64,000 bases of DNA from a bacterium (GCA_024277675.1 JAJRUS010000047.1:37791-101790); one strand, 5' to 3'; shown: positions 1-10,637, counted from the first letter of the stretch. Program-made: numbers and translations. Notes: a model not told the origin generated them from the letters alone.

Positions 1-938
1 ACATTGGCCCAGCCCTCTTTGGAGCTTGCCAGGCCAAAAATATCAGCCGCACTATACCATTTATACAGCTCATCATAGGGGCGGCGGCCGGCAAAATAAA
101 CCGCATCTTTTACGCCTAACCGATTAATCAGCTCATCCAACCGGGCTTTATAATCGCCTTCTATGCCGGCAGCCCCCACAATTACCAGTTGCAGATCCCC
201 CCTACCCTGCTCGGCCAGTATCGAAATCGCCCGGATTATATGCTGAAATCCCTTGCGCACCACCAGATGCCCAACCGAGAGGATAATTCTTTTATCCCGC
301 GGCAAGCCCAATTCCTCTCTGGCGACAAGTTTATCTATCGGGTGAAACAAGCGGGTATCCACCCCATTTGTTGCCAGCACAATTTTTTCTCCGGCTATCC
401 CCAATGCTACCGCTTCCCGCTTTAAGGCATCGGCCACCGAAAATACAATGTTCGCCTGCTTCAGCGCATAAACCACCTGCCGCTTACGTATCGGATATTG
501 GGGCAGCTCAAATATATCGTGTCCCCTTAAGGTGATAGCTACCGGTTTTTTAAGCAGCTTGCCCAGCAACACCGCTGCAAAACCATCCGGATAGGCCAGG
601 TGGGCGTCGATAACATCAAAATCGAATTCTTTACGAATCCGGCGGCAGAACAATACCAGACACAGAAAATAAAACACTCCGTCTAGCGGTTTTAGTATCA
701 TGGGAATGGAAAAAAAGCGGGGGTAATAAACCTCCAGCCCGTCGATATTCAGTTTATGCTTAACCCGGGCTCGATAGGCGTAACGCTTCAGCCTTCCCAC
801 TACCGGGCAATACGGGATGGGATTTACCACTTTTAACCGGCAATGCTTACTCATGCGCACAAGCCGCTGCTGGACAAATATGCCAAAGGTCGGCTGCACA
901 TTATTGGGGAACATACTGCTTATTACCAGGATTTTCAT
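1..938 (-). CDS. Glycosyltransferase family 4 (GT1-fold), N-terminal part; gene continues beyond the window start
   Basis: Reverse-strand translation from ATG at 938..936 gives MKILVISSMFPNNVQPTFGIFVQQRLV..., a typical GT4 N-terminus. The ORF runs off the window edge, so it is absent from the ORF track. Confidence 0.7.
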   Translation of the reverse strand, partial: MKILVISSMFPNNVQPTFGIFVQQRLVRMSKHCRLKVVNPIPYCPVVGRLKRYAYRARVKHKLNIDGLEVYYPRFFSIPMILKPLDGVFYFLCLVLFCRRIRKEFDFDVIDAHLAYPDGFAAVLLGKLLKKPVAITLRGHDIFELPQYPIRKRQVVYALKQANIVFSVADALKREAVALGIAGEKIVLATNGVDTRLFHPIDKLVAREELGLPRDKRIILSVGHLVVRKGFQHIIRAISILAEQGRGDLQLVIVGAAGIEGDYKARLDELINRLGVKDAVYFAGRRPYDELYKWYSAADIFGLASSKEGWAN

Positions 939-1132
939 AAGGAAAGCGAGATCACGGTGGTCCAGGCATAACGGGACAAAAACGGTATATGTTCAAATAG
1001 ATAATTATCCGCCGCCTCCAGTTTAGGCAACAATTTGTTAAACCATTTTTTATTTTTAAACAGCCCGGCGGCAAAAATAACCGGCAGCGAAAGCAAATTA
1101 AATTCGCGATGCTGCACTTTAGCAAAATATTG

Positions 1133-1702
1133 CTACAACATTTTAAAATCGCTGCTGGTCAGCGGGTGTTCATCTTCAGTTCTGGAATGGGGGGTTAACC
1201 TGCGATACAGGTTTAAGCAGGGATTGGTGCCCATCGGTTCAATAAATAAGGCCCACCCGCCGGGTTTCAGTACCCGCCTTATCTCAGGCAGCGCCACTTC
1301 CAGCCTTAAATGATGCAATATAGCCCGCCCGACCACCAGGTCAAAGCTGGCATCGGCAAAGCACAACACCTCACAATCCATTTTTAAGGGTGCAACCTGC
1401 TTTAACAGGCCGTTAGCCTTTAGAATCCGGTAGGTGCTCCTCACTGATTCCCCTGAAAGGTCTGCTGCGGTTACCCTGGCGCCGGCACGGGCTAATTTTA
1501 GCGACAGGTCGCCATAATTGCCGCAGCCATATTCCAATACCTGCTGGCCGCATAAATCACCGAGCAAAGACTCGAAGTAACTTATAAAAGCCTCCTGGAA
1601 GCCTAAATCGTTAAGCCGGTCATATAATTTAGTTTTCGATGCATCATGGGTCAGTTGATCAAAAAATCTTGCTTCCTGTTTTTTATGTGAATCGTTTAGC
1701 AT
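1133..1702 (-). CDS. Class I SAM-dependent methyltransferase
   Basis: 189-aa ORF. LEYGCGNYGDLSLKLARAGARVTAADLS matches Rossmann motif I; also VLKPGGWALF. Confidence 0.75.
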   Translation of the reverse strand: MLNDSHKKQEARFFDQLTHDASKTKLYDRLNDLGFQEAFISYFESLLGDLCGQQVLEYGCGNYGDLSLKLARAGARVTAADLSGESVRSTYRILKANGLLKQVAPLKMDCEVLCFADASFDLVVGRAILHHLRLEVALPEIRRVLKPGGWALFIEPMGTNPCLNLYRRLTPHSRTEDEHPLTSSDFKML

Positions 1703-1708
1703 ACTGGC

Positions 1709-3025
1709 TCACATACTGGGTTGCTTATATATGTAATTATAAATTAAACTGACCCCAATTATGCCTACCAGGAAGTTGGTGGTTACTGATGCGGCGGCGG
1801 CGCCTAATGCCCCATAGACCGGAATCAGTAACAGGTTGATTCCAGCGCTCAACAGCAATCTGATAATACACAACAGTGATAATATACGGGGCTTATTCAC
1901 CGAATATGCTACAAGATATATGGGATCAACAATAAAAGTAACCAAGAAGCCGAAAAACATAATCTGGAAAATTAAAATGGAAGGGGTATACTCCGCACCC
2001 ACTACCAAATGAATAACCGGGCCGATTATAAAAATTACCGGCAACAACAACAATGCGCAAGTAAAGGTAATTTTGGGTATTTTTCGTACATACTCCCTGA
2101 TTTGCGTCATATTATCGAATTTGCAGACATAAGGCAGCAAAACATTGACAAATGAACTTGTAAGAATGGTAAATACACTTATTATCATATAAGCCATAGA
2201 GTAATAACCTAAGACTTCGTCTTTGACAAAGTAGCCCAGAATCAACAAATCAACCCGGCTGGAAAGCATCAAGAAGAAGTCGATCAGAAAAATCCATTTA
2301 CTGAATTTAAACAGACTTCTGGCGGTCTGCTTAAATTTGCCCCTGGCTTTGAATAATGGAGTGGGAGTAAAGATAATGCCCAAAATGAAGCCGACCACCG
2401 GAATCAAAATATAGGCTATTAATACATTGACTACCGTCATGGCCGCCAGATATACTAATATCCCGATAACCCCCAGTTTGAGTAAGCCGATAATCACGCT
2501 AAAGACGGCATAGCGGGAGAAAAACTCGCGGGCGTGAAAGCTGGAGAGGAGATAGCTCCAAAGAATGCCCCCAATTACGGCTACAAAGGCTAAGCGTATG
2601 GGATTCACTAATTGGGGTTTATGATATATGCGGATGGCTATGGTAGGCGATAAAATTATACCTAATCCGGCTACCAGAAAAGCGGATACCAACAGGCACC
2701 AAAAACCCACTTTCAAATAATAATCGGCTAATCCCGCATCTTTAACAGAGTACATGGGGACGAACCGCACCAGGCTTATTCCAATACCGATTTCGGTAAA
2801 TACTACCGCAATTTCAAACACCGCCATGGCGATGGAGAAAACCCCGAAATCGGCCGGCTTCAGCATACGCGCTACCAGTAAACCAATCAAAAGCCCCAGC
2901 GCTGAAGCTATAAATCGACCACCGGATAAAATAAAGGTATTGGTGGTAACCTTGTGGGTGAAGATATTCCTGAGAGTAGATCTTAAGTCTTGTCCGATAA
3001 CCGATTCCAGCCAGTTTATACCCAT
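1709..3025 (-). CDS. Polysaccharide biosynthesis protein / oligosaccharide flippase (Wzx-like, MOP superfamily)
   Basis: 438 aa, 12+ predicted TM helices, typical polysaccharide-export flippase architecture. Sits inside a glycan locus. Confidence 0.7.
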   Translation of the reverse strand: MGINWLESVIGQDLRSTLRNIFTHKVTTNTFILSGGRFIASALGLLIGLLVARMLKPADFGVFSIAMAVFEIAVVFTEIGIGISLVRFVPMYSVKDAGLADYYLKVGFWCLLVSAFLVAGLGIILSPTIAIRIYHKPQLVNPIRLAFVAVIGGILWSYLLSSFHAREFFSRYAVFSVIIGLLKLGVIGILVYLAAMTVVNVLIAYILIPVVGFILGIIFTPTPLFKARGKFKQTARSLFKFSKWIFLIDFFLMLSSRVDLLILGYFVKDEVLGYYSMAYMIISVFTILTSSFVNVLLPYVCKFDNMTQIREYVRKIPKITFTCALLLLPVIFIIGPVIHLVVGAEYTPSILIFQIMFFGFLVTFIVDPIYLVAYSVNKPRILSLLCIIRLLLSAGINLLLIPVYGALGAAAASVTTNFLVGIIGVSLIYNYIYKQPSM

Positions 3026-3141
3026 GTATAGTTTCCGTTTATAGATAAACCTATATTTACATCAAGGGGACCTGCCCCCAAGGGGTCAGTGATCCCAACT
3101 CTGTGATAATACAAAAATAGAGCTAATAAAGTTGTATATGA

Positions 3142-4260
3142 CTATATTTTTTGAGAAAAAGCTAAAACAGTCTCAATAATATAGTCTATTTGGGAAGGAG
3201 TCAAGTCGGGAAATAAAGGCAGGGTAACTATTTTCTGCCAGATGCTTTCAGCTACCGGCAGTTTCCGGTAATATGGTTTATATACCGGATATAAATGATT
3301 GGGATAGTAATGAACCCCGGTGGAAATACCCTTGTCGGCCATATACTGGACAAACTTATCTCGTTGTTCCAGCTTGATCACGTAATTGTGCGAGGCGCTG
3401 CGAGTATAACTCTTCTCAACCGGAATAGTTATCCAGGCTGCTGCTGAAAAGGCCATATTATATTGCTTTACAATCTGGCGGCGGCGTTCATTTAATCTAT
3501 CGAGTTTTTTAAGCTGTACCAGGCCCAGTGCGGCCGGAATATCATTCATGTGTGCCTTATAACCCACTTCTTCTACATTATAAAACCAGGAATAGTTTTT
3601 CGTCTTGGCCCGATCCCAGGTGTCCTTGGTAATTCCCAGCCAGCGTAAGCTCCTGAGTTGAGTATCTAATCCCTCATCATTTACGGTAATCATTCCCCCC
3701 TCTCCACAGGCCAGGTTTTTCACCGCATGAAAGCTAAAGCAGCCAATATCTCCAATCGAGCCGCTGGGTTGCCCGTTATAGCTTCCCCCGCAGGCATGGG
3801 CGCAATCTTCTATTACCTTAAGCCGGTGTTTTCGGGCTAAATCCATAATGGCAGACATAAGGCAGGCATGTCCCCCGTAATGCACTACCACAATGGCTTT
3901 GGTGTTTTTGGTGATCAGCTTTTCTATTTCAAGCGGATCAATATTTAAGGTGTCTGCCTCAACATCGGCAAATACAGGGGCGGCATGGTTATACAAAATC
4001 GCATGATTGGTGGACACAAAGGTAATCGGAGTGGTAATTACCTCCCCGCCGCTAACGCCCATAACCTGCATCGCCAAATGTAGGGCGGCAGTCCCTGAAT
4101 TTAAACCTACAGCATATTTAGTACCGATAAACCGGGCAAATTGCTTCTCAAATTCGTGTGTTTTGGGCCCCAGCCCAATCCAGCCCGAGGAAAACGGCTC
4201 CCGCAAAGCCTCCAGTTCTTCATCATCATACGACGGTTTAAATACGGGTATCATGTCCAT
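3142..4260 (-). CDS. DegT/DnrJ/EryC1/StrS family PLP-dependent sugar aminotransferase
   Basis: 372 aa. GLNSGTAALHLA, ...HYGG..., and SFHAVKNL (PLP-binding Lys) motifs. Confidence 0.85.
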   Translation of the reverse strand: MDMIPVFKPSYDDEELEALREPFSSGWIGLGPKTHEFEKQFARFIGTKYAVGLNSGTAALHLAMQVMGVSGGEVITTPITFVSTNHAILYNHAAPVFADVEADTLNIDPLEIEKLITKNTKAIVVVHYGGHACLMSAIMDLARKHRLKVIEDCAHACGGSYNGQPSGSIGDIGCFSFHAVKNLACGEGGMITVNDEGLDTQLRSLRWLGITKDTWDRAKTKNYSWFYNVEEVGYKAHMNDIPAALGLVQLKKLDRLNERRRQIVKQYNMAFSAAAWITIPVEKSYTRSASHNYVIKLEQRDKFVQYMADKGISTGVHYYPNHLYPVYKPYYRKLPVAESIWQKIVTLPLFPDLTPSQIDYIIETVLAFSQKI

Positions 4261-4398
4261 AGATTAAAGCTACCTCCTGATATATGGCGTAAAAGTTTCA
4301 AGATTAATTCATGTATCCATTGGTTAGTTTTTGTATAGGAAATTATATAAGTGCATTTGCCAAAAAAGCTTATGTTGGCCGAATGGTTCATCGCATAA

Positions 4399-5430
4399 TT
4401 AATCCAGCCCTTGGCTGGTTAATTCCTGCGCAATACTCAGTACCGAGCGCACATATTTTTCAAAACTCCAATGTTTCTTTACATCGGCTAAAGCATTTCG
4501 TCCAATCCGGTTGCATTCTTCTGAATTATCGAGTAGAGACAATATCTTCTCCCTCAAGGCTTGAGGGTTTTCCATTTCCACCAATAGACCGTTTTCTCCG
4601 TCATTGATAAACTCCACATTAGAAATCGCCCGACTGTTGATAGTGGGCTTACCGAGCGCCATCGCCTCCAGCATAACCACCATTCCCAATGAGCGGATGT
4701 GTGGACTTAGCGGCAGGACAACTACCATCGAATCTTTCAGTAATTCAAGATAGTTATCATAGCTTATATCATAATATACTTTAACGTTGGACGGAATTTT
4801 AATTCCCTGCATGCTAGCCCGATCGCTTACCACAATCAATTCTACCGGGAGATTTTTTGCCGCCTCCATCAATGTCTTATAATCACGGCCTGATTTACCG
4901 GCGCTAAACAGATAGCCGGCATTGGCTGAGATCATTTGCGGTTGCGTAATATTAGTATGATACGGTACAAATCTGAACTTATCTGCACTTATGTTTAACA
5001 CCCTTGAATAATATTCTAATTCACTTCGGGAAAAAACCAACATGCAATCTACTGAGGCTAATATTTTCTTTTGTATAAAGCGCTTAATTCGCCAGCGCAG
5101 GCTCTGTCTCTCGGCATCCAGCATCAAATCCAACAGCAGGTGGGGACAACTGTTTCCGGCAAATAACTTTCTGAATAGCGCATAAAAAATTCCTGCTTTA
5201 AAATCACCGGTTATAACAATATCATAATCCTTTTTATTTTTAAACAATCTAAGGGCAATTACGACCGGTAAATTGTCGATATGCTGTATAAACTTTCTAA
5301 GCGGTGGGGGAATAAAAGCCTGCCGGGACAACCTGGAGCCCCATGAAGGAAAATAGCGGACATTATGCGTACGTTCTTCCCACAGCGGACACTGACTCTT
5401 TATAATTCTGTATTCGGTTAATACCTTCAT
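4399..5430 (-). CDS. Glycosyltransferase family 1/4
   Basis: 343 aa. C-terminal GT1 fold with E-x7-E-like region (MVVMLEAMALGKPTI). Confidence 0.7.
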   Translation of the reverse strand: MKVLTEYRIIKSQCPLWEERTHNVRYFPSWGSRLSRQAFIPPPLRKFIQHIDNLPVVIALRLFKNKKDYDIVITGDFKAGIFYALFRKLFAGNSCPHLLLDLMLDAERQSLRWRIKRFIQKKILASVDCMLVFSRSELEYYSRVLNISADKFRFVPYHTNITQPQMISANAGYLFSAGKSGRDYKTLMEAAKNLPVELIVVSDRASMQGIKIPSNVKVYYDISYDNYLELLKDSMVVVLPLSPHIRSLGMVVMLEAMALGKPTINSRAISNVEFINDGENGLLVEMENPQALREKILSLLDNSEECNRIGRNALADVKKHWSFEKYVRSVLSIAQELTSQGLD

Positions 5431-5453
5431 CTGATAATTTTTTTAATTATGGG

Positions 5454-6209
5454 TTATTTCCTGCGGGCAATTACAATACTATAGAACCCATATTTATGAT
5501 CCAGCCAGGGGTCAAAGCGTTTAAGCGCTTTCTTAATATAATTCAAGGCTAAATGATAGCCTCGAGACAGGAATGAATGTTGATTATAGTCATATATGTT
5601 GTATAAAACGGTCATGATAGAATTACTGAATCCCCTGGCATAATATTCCAGTACCTCAAAATCGCACTGTTCGAGCATTTCCTTCAACTCATGAGGGCGG
5701 TAATAATCCTCATACTCGTCAATCGGAAAGTATTTGGTTCTCAAGCTCCAGATACCCTTATTGGGAGTATTCAAAAACAATATGCCCCCCGGTTTTAACA
5801 TCCGTTTCATTTCAAGTAACGGCAACCGGGGCTGTTTGAAATGCTCTATTACCCCTAAGCTGGTAATAAAATCAAAGCGTTCTGGTTTAAATGGGAGCTT
5901 TAAAATGTCAGCTTTGGCAAAATAAGGCGAGCTCAATTTATGCTTTTTCTTATATCGCTGTGCCTCAAGCAAACAATCCGATATATCCACCCCCACAGAA
6001 AAATCTATCCGTTCATCAGCGCTAAACAGAAAATTCCAATAACCCGGGCCGCAGCCGGCTTCCAGCCAGCGTATTTGCCCGGTCAGACAATACCTGTTTA
6101 TACAATTAAGCAGTTCCGGCAACAGATATTGGTCCTCATATTTTTTTATCTCTTCTTCCAGCAGGGGATTCTTGTTCCATAACTCATCCCAATATTCCTT
6201 TTTGGGCAT
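5454..6209 (-). CDS. Class I SAM-dependent methyltransferase
   Basis: 251 aa. WLEAGCGPGYW motif I; LKPGGILFL. Confidence 0.75.
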   Translation of the reverse strand: MPKKEYWDELWNKNPLLEEEIKKYEDQYLLPELLNCINRYCLTGQIRWLEAGCGPGYWNFLFSADERIDFSVGVDISDCLLEAQRYKKKHKLSSPYFAKADILKLPFKPERFDFITSLGVIEHFKQPRLPLLEMKRMLKPGGILFLNTPNKGIWSLRTKYFPIDEYEDYYRPHELKEMLEQCDFEVLEYYARGFSNSIMTVLYNIYDYNQHSFLSRGYHLALNYIKKALKRFDPWLDHKYGFYSIVIARRK

Positions 6210-6231
6210 AATATAGGCTTTCTTATAAGGG

Positions 6232-6368
6232 TACCTTGAAAAATTGTCTTTTCGCCCAAGTCCTGCGTTATGCTAAAAAATTTAATCCTCAGAATATCAA
6301 CTATATGCCTGCGGTTAAATTTTTCGCATGCCTTGATCTTGAACAAAAATCCTAATTTTTCAAGATAC
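6232..6368. repeat. 137-bp element with terminal inverted repeats (TACCTTGAAAAATT ... AATTTTTCAAGATAC), copy A. MITE-like or structured-RNA repeat.
   Basis: About 85% identical to 25259..25395. Termini are shared with 36382..36518. Internal inverted repeats (TAAAAAATTTAA/TTAAATTTTT and ATCTTGAA/TTCAAGAT). The terminal ...AGATAC TGA supplies the last two codons and the stop of the upstream GT gene. Confidence 0.75.
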
Positions 6369-7490
6369 CCATAAGTTTAAAACTTGTCGATATAGCTTTT
6401 CGTAATTTGTAACCATCTGCTCAAGGCTAAATTGTTCTTCCACCTGCCGGCAACCGGCATTCCCCATTTGTTTTCTTAAATGCTCATCGGCAAACAGTTG
6501 CAACAAGCGGTCAGCCAGGGCCTCCGGGTCGCTTACCGGCACCAAAAATCCAGTTACTCCATCTTCCACCACTGCCGGATTGCCCCCTACCCTGCTGGCT
6601 ATCACCGGTTTTCCCGCCGCCATCGCCTCCAGGAGAGTAATGGAAGTCCCTTCGTAGAAGGTAGCTAACACCGCTATATCCAAAACAGCCAGTAATTCCG
6701 GGATATCCCTTCTGCTGCCGGTAAAAATCACTTTATCGGCTAACCCTAATTGTCGGACTAAGTTCTCAAGCTCGGTTTTTTTAGGCCCGTCCCCAATGAG
6801 CAGCAATCTGGCCTGTGGATATTTTAAAATTACCTTGGGCAGCGCCTTTATCAGCGTGGCCTGATCCTTCTCGGTGCCCAATCTGGCTATCATACCACAT
6901 ACTAAATCGCCGGGAGCCAGTCCCAGCGATTTTTTTTTGTTAATTTCATGGTTGTTTGTTTTGAACTTGCAGCAATCAATGCCGTTAAAAATTACCTCTA
7001 TCCGGCGGCCCGGCATGACTTCATAGGTGATCAAGCTTTGCTTTACCGCCGGGGAAACCGCAATTATCCTGGCGGTAAAAGGCAGCATCAGTTGATTGAC
7101 TATAACCCGTTTAGTATTTCGCTGATCGGGATAATGTCTGCCATGTTCGGTAAATATTAATTTTTTAAATCGTGAACTTATCGCTGCCAACCCCCCATAA
7201 AAAAATGCCGTATACTGATGGGCATGAATTAAATCCACCCTTTCTGTTTTAATTATTCGCCTTAGTTTTTTTATTATTCCCCAATCGGTTCCCGGTTGTC
7301 GGTTTAAGCAGAAAACCTTTACTCCACTTGCCTTAAGCTCCTCTCCCAGGGCGCCGGTTTCATCTAAACAACAGAGCATGGGATTAAACAAAGATCGATC
7401 TAAATGCTGAATTAAGTTATGGACTACAACTGCAGCCCCCCCTTTTGCAAAATTATCCACCACAAACAATAAATTAGTGAGGCCGGCCAT
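6360..7490 (-). CDS. Glycosyltransferase family 4
   Basis: 376 aa. GT4 N-domain plus GT1 C-domain (EGTSITLLEAMAAGKPVIAS). Confidence 0.8.
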   Translation of the reverse strand: MAGLTNLLFVVDNFAKGGAAVVVHNLIQHLDRSLFNPMLCCLDETGALGEELKASGVKVFCLNRQPGTDWGIIKKLRRIIKTERVDLIHAHQYTAFFYGGLAAISSRFKKLIFTEHGRHYPDQRNTKRVIVNQLMLPFTARIIAVSPAVKQSLITYEVMPGRRIEVIFNGIDCCKFKTNNHEINKKKSLGLAPGDLVCGMIARLGTEKDQATLIKALPKVILKYPQARLLLIGDGPKKTELENLVRQLGLADKVIFTGSRRDIPELLAVLDIAVLATFYEGTSITLLEAMAAGKPVIASRVGGNPAVVEDGVTGFLVPVSDPEALADRLLQLFADEHLRKQMGNAGCRQVEEQFSLEQMVTNYEKLYRQVLNLWVS

Positions 7491-7532
7491 TTTTTGTTCA
7501 CCCTTTCGGCGTTAGTCCACCAACTCGATTAA

Positions 7533-9476
7533 CTAACCCCCTGCTCTTAAAATTCCCATTCCAACAGTAGTATACAGCCAATAGCCAAACAATATTAACC
7601 CCAAAATTGAAATAGCGGCGCTATGTTTTTCAGCCGGCTTGAGTACTATATAACAGAGCGAAGAGGTCAGGGCATATACAACATAAATAAGTATTTGCTG
7701 AGGATTGTTCAAGAACATGGCGGTGGTTGCATAAGAGAGAATGCTCAATTCAAGAGCATGACTCAAATAGTGGATCCAATCGGTATCCTCGTTTAAGGGA
7801 ACCTGTTTCCTCAAATCCCGCAGTTTCTTTATCGAACGAAAAATCAGCCATATAAAAACTATTAAAGCGGGAATGCCATATTGTCCCCCTAAAGCCCCAT
7901 AAGCATTGTGAACAACAAAATTTTTACCCGGTTTTTCCAATAGCAGGGAATCATCTTCAGTAAATCCGGTTCTAATCAGTACCCCAAAATCGGGGAAAAA
8001 GGGTATTACTTTACCGCTGCTGAATGATCCTTGTCCAAAGAGCGGGGAATCCTTCATCATTTCCCAAGCCGCAATTACACTGATTATCCTGTTTTTAGCT
8101 GATTGATCCTCTTGCCAATTTTCAATTGATGCTACCCGGCTATTTATCTTTTCATGAAATACCCCGTAACCGGCTAAAACCAAAACACTTGTCAGCGCAA
8201 TCGGCAATATTTTATTTTTATTACCAGAGAGAACTAATTTAAAAAACAAAGGGATGCTTATTACTCCCAAACCCAGTAATCCACCGCGTGATCTGGTATA
8301 AATCACCGCTGCAATGGCCATAATAAAAGCCATCAGAAAAAAAGCCTTCCTGGGTTTAGTTTTTGAACATAAAAACAATGCATAAAATATTGGTACTGCC
8401 ATAGCAATACAAGCTGCTAATTCATTGTTATCGGCCAACTGCCCTCCGGCGCCGCCGGTAACTGAATAATCAGTGCCGAATCCAAAATAGGCCGCCTTTC
8501 TTAAAATTTTATAAGTAAAGTAAGCATATATACCGGCAACGGCGGTCACCATATAAAAAAATTTCTTCTTATCCTTGCCTATAATATAAATAATAACAAA
8601 AAATATTAAGCAGGCATTGGCAAAAGGCAAATAATCGCCTAATTCAGCGCCTATAGACAAATATTCCGGGATGGCAAACAAGGCTGATATAGTTAAAAAT
8701 CCCCAAAAGAGAATCATCAGAGAATTGTTTGAATCATAAATACCCCTGAATCTTTCTTTTTTATTGACCACTTCAATTAACCAACTCAACATGGTAGCCA
8801 GTAAGATCGGGGTGCTGAGAAACATAGGCAATCCCAAAAAACTACTGGGAAAATTCCACATAGTGAATTGAAGTACAGTAACGCTGAGAAATAAATATAC
8901 ACTTACCCCAAAAACAGGCTTCATCGCTATAAAAGCTATAGCAAGAGGTATCATGGTGAATACCACAACATGCCTCGGCGATAAGGTGATTATACCCTGT
9001 GCCATTAGATATCCCGTCATAACGACTATTAAAATCAGACCTTTTTTTCTAATAATATTAATTATACGGGGTAATAATTTATGTTGCTTTTTTTCATGCG
9101 ATTGAAATAATAATACATATATAGACTCCGTCAGTTCCAATATAGGCTTAAATAGTGCATTCAACATATTCGTTATATTAATATTATGCTGAGAATGTTT
9201 CTCGGTGGGGGCCTTTGGCGGATGTTCGGCATTGAAAGGATAGATTGATTCCAGCGCATTAAAAAACTTGTTGACTGATTTATTTATCAGGTTTTTAAAA
9301 AACCCAATAAAACCGGCGGCTTTTGTTTCGTCATAAGTGCTCTTATTGTTTAATGATTCTGTACTTGAAATAAATAAGGGGCGCTCAAGGGAAGGGTGTC
9401 TTAATCGATAAATAAATAATCCGATTTTTTCCGCTAATGAGGTGGGGGTTGATTTATTATGTTTAAAGAGCGCCAT
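7533..9476 (-). CDS. O-antigen ligase / Wzy-like polymerase family membrane protein
   Basis: 647 aa, multi-TM. Wzy_C-like YTRSRGGLLGLGV motif plus a large periplasmic loop. Confidence 0.6.
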   Translation of the reverse strand: MALFKHNKSTPTSLAEKIGLFIYRLRHPSLERPLFISSTESLNNKSTYDETKAAGFIGFFKNLINKSVNKFFNALESIYPFNAEHPPKAPTEKHSQHNINITNMLNALFKPILELTESIYVLLFQSHEKKQHKLLPRIINIIRKKGLILIVVMTGYLMAQGIITLSPRHVVVFTMIPLAIAFIAMKPVFGVSVYLFLSVTVLQFTMWNFPSSFLGLPMFLSTPILLATMLSWLIEVVNKKERFRGIYDSNNSLMILFWGFLTISALFAIPEYLSIGAELGDYLPFANACLIFFVIIYIIGKDKKKFFYMVTAVAGIYAYFTYKILRKAAYFGFGTDYSVTGGAGGQLADNNELAACIAMAVPIFYALFLCSKTKPRKAFFLMAFIMAIAAVIYTRSRGGLLGLGVISIPLFFKLVLSGNKNKILPIALTSVLVLAGYGVFHEKINSRVASIENWQEDQSAKNRIISVIAAWEMMKDSPLFGQGSFSSGKVIPFFPDFGVLIRTGFTEDDSLLLEKPGKNFVVHNAYGALGGQYGIPALIVFIWLIFRSIKKLRDLRKQVPLNEDTDWIHYLSHALELSILSYATTAMFLNNPQQILIYVVYALTSSLCYIVLKPAEKHSAAISILGLILFGYWLYTTVGMGILRAGG

Positions 9477-9485
9477 ATCTGTTTC

Positions 9486-10637
9486 TTAGGGCAAATAATT
9501 CCACAGCTTAGTAGTAAGAACACAGCACTTCAGACATTTGGGAAACAGCCCTTTTTCTTTCAAGATAGTCCTGAAACGGATATAATTTTCACTGTTCCAT
9601 AATTGGCTGAATGAGTGCTGGTGGATATTGCCGACCTTGAAATCAATTGAACAGGGATATACATCCCCATATGGATTAATTCTGCTGGAGTACCATGGCA
9701 GGAAGCATTTGTTACAATAAGAATAGTCATCATCAAAAAAATAGCGGTTGAGTTCCGATTGCTTTAAGGGAGGGTTGAAATTCACCGATACATCAGCTGC
9801 CTTGGCATAACACTTATCTATCTCTGATTGAAGCACAACCGGATCAATTTGTTTTAAATAATCGGGTAATACCTGATCTTCCGGTTTGGCTTGTTTCAGC
9901 GGGATTAGTTGTTGTGTTTTATCTATCGCTGCCTGTTGAGTAAAGAATAAAAATGCGTAATTAACCGCACCCAGATTATATCTTTTTGCGGTATCGACCA
10001 ATTGGCTGAATTTGTGTTGGTTCAGCGAAGATATAGTGCAATTAAGGCCCAGATACGGTTTGTTCTTACCCTGAATCTGCTTTTGTTTTTGAATAGCTTC
10101 AATTGAATGACAAACCTTTGCGTAAGATCCCTTAACGCCCCTGACCTGATCATGAATTTCCTCCGGCCCATCCATTGAAAAGGTAATGGTATCAACCTCG
10201 GCGCTAACCAATTCGGCGGCTATTTTGGGATTAATTAACATGCCGTTGGTCAAAATATTACATCCAATTCCCTTAGTCTTAATATGGGATATTATGTCTA
10301 AGATATCCTTTCTCAGGAAAGGCTCTCCACCGGTAAGGGTAATGATTTTAACCCCCATTTGTGCCGCATCGTTAACTACAGCCCTAATATCCGTCAAACT
10401 TATTTCTTCGGCTTGCCGGGGGAGCGAAGTTGACTGTCCGGCGGCTTTCTGTTTGTCCTTATATAATTCTTGCGGACAAATTTTACATTTTAAGTTACAT
10501 CTGAAAGTAAGCTCCATATCTATTGAAACCGGGGCAAAAGCCCTCCCTGCTGAAAAAGCATAGGAAATCCAATAATGCGGAACAGCCAGCATTTGCTTTA
10601 CATCCGTTTTCAAGTTTCCCAATAACCGAGAAAACAT
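9486..10637 (-). CDS. Radical SAM protein with C-terminal SPASM-like Cys cluster
   Basis: 383 aa. CNLKCKICPQ (CxxxCxxC). C-terminal CNKCFLPW...YPCS and CLKCC cysteine motifs. Confidence 0.8.
   Translation of the reverse strand: MFSRLLGNLKTDVKQMLAVPHYWISYAFSAGRAFAPVSIDMELTFRCNLKCKICPQELYKDKQKAAGQSTSLPRQAEEISLTDIRAVVNDAAQMGVKIITLTGGEPFLRKDILDIISHIKTKGIGCNILTNGMLINPKIAAELVSAEVDTITFSMDGPEEIHDQVRGVKGSYAKVCHSIEAIQKQKQIQGKNKPYLGLNCTISSLNQHKFSQLVDTAKRYNLGAVNYAFLFFTQQAAIDKTQQLIPLKQAKPEDQVLPDYLKQIDPVVLQSEIDKCYAKAADVSVNFNPPLKQSELNRYFFDDDYSYCNKCFLPWYSSRINPYGDVYPCSIDFKVGNIHQHSFSQLWNSENYIRFRTILKEKGLFPKCLKCCVLTTKLWNYLP

Noticed and set aside
189-425. Plus-strand ORF 189..425 and many similar 60-110-aa ORFs antisense to or overlapping long conserved genes (e.g. 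2754..3044, 4007..4338, 29104..29442, 44376..45000, 46236..46649)
   Set aside because: They lie entirely within well-supported genes on the opposite strand, lack RBS or homology signals, and are typical spurious shadow ORFs.
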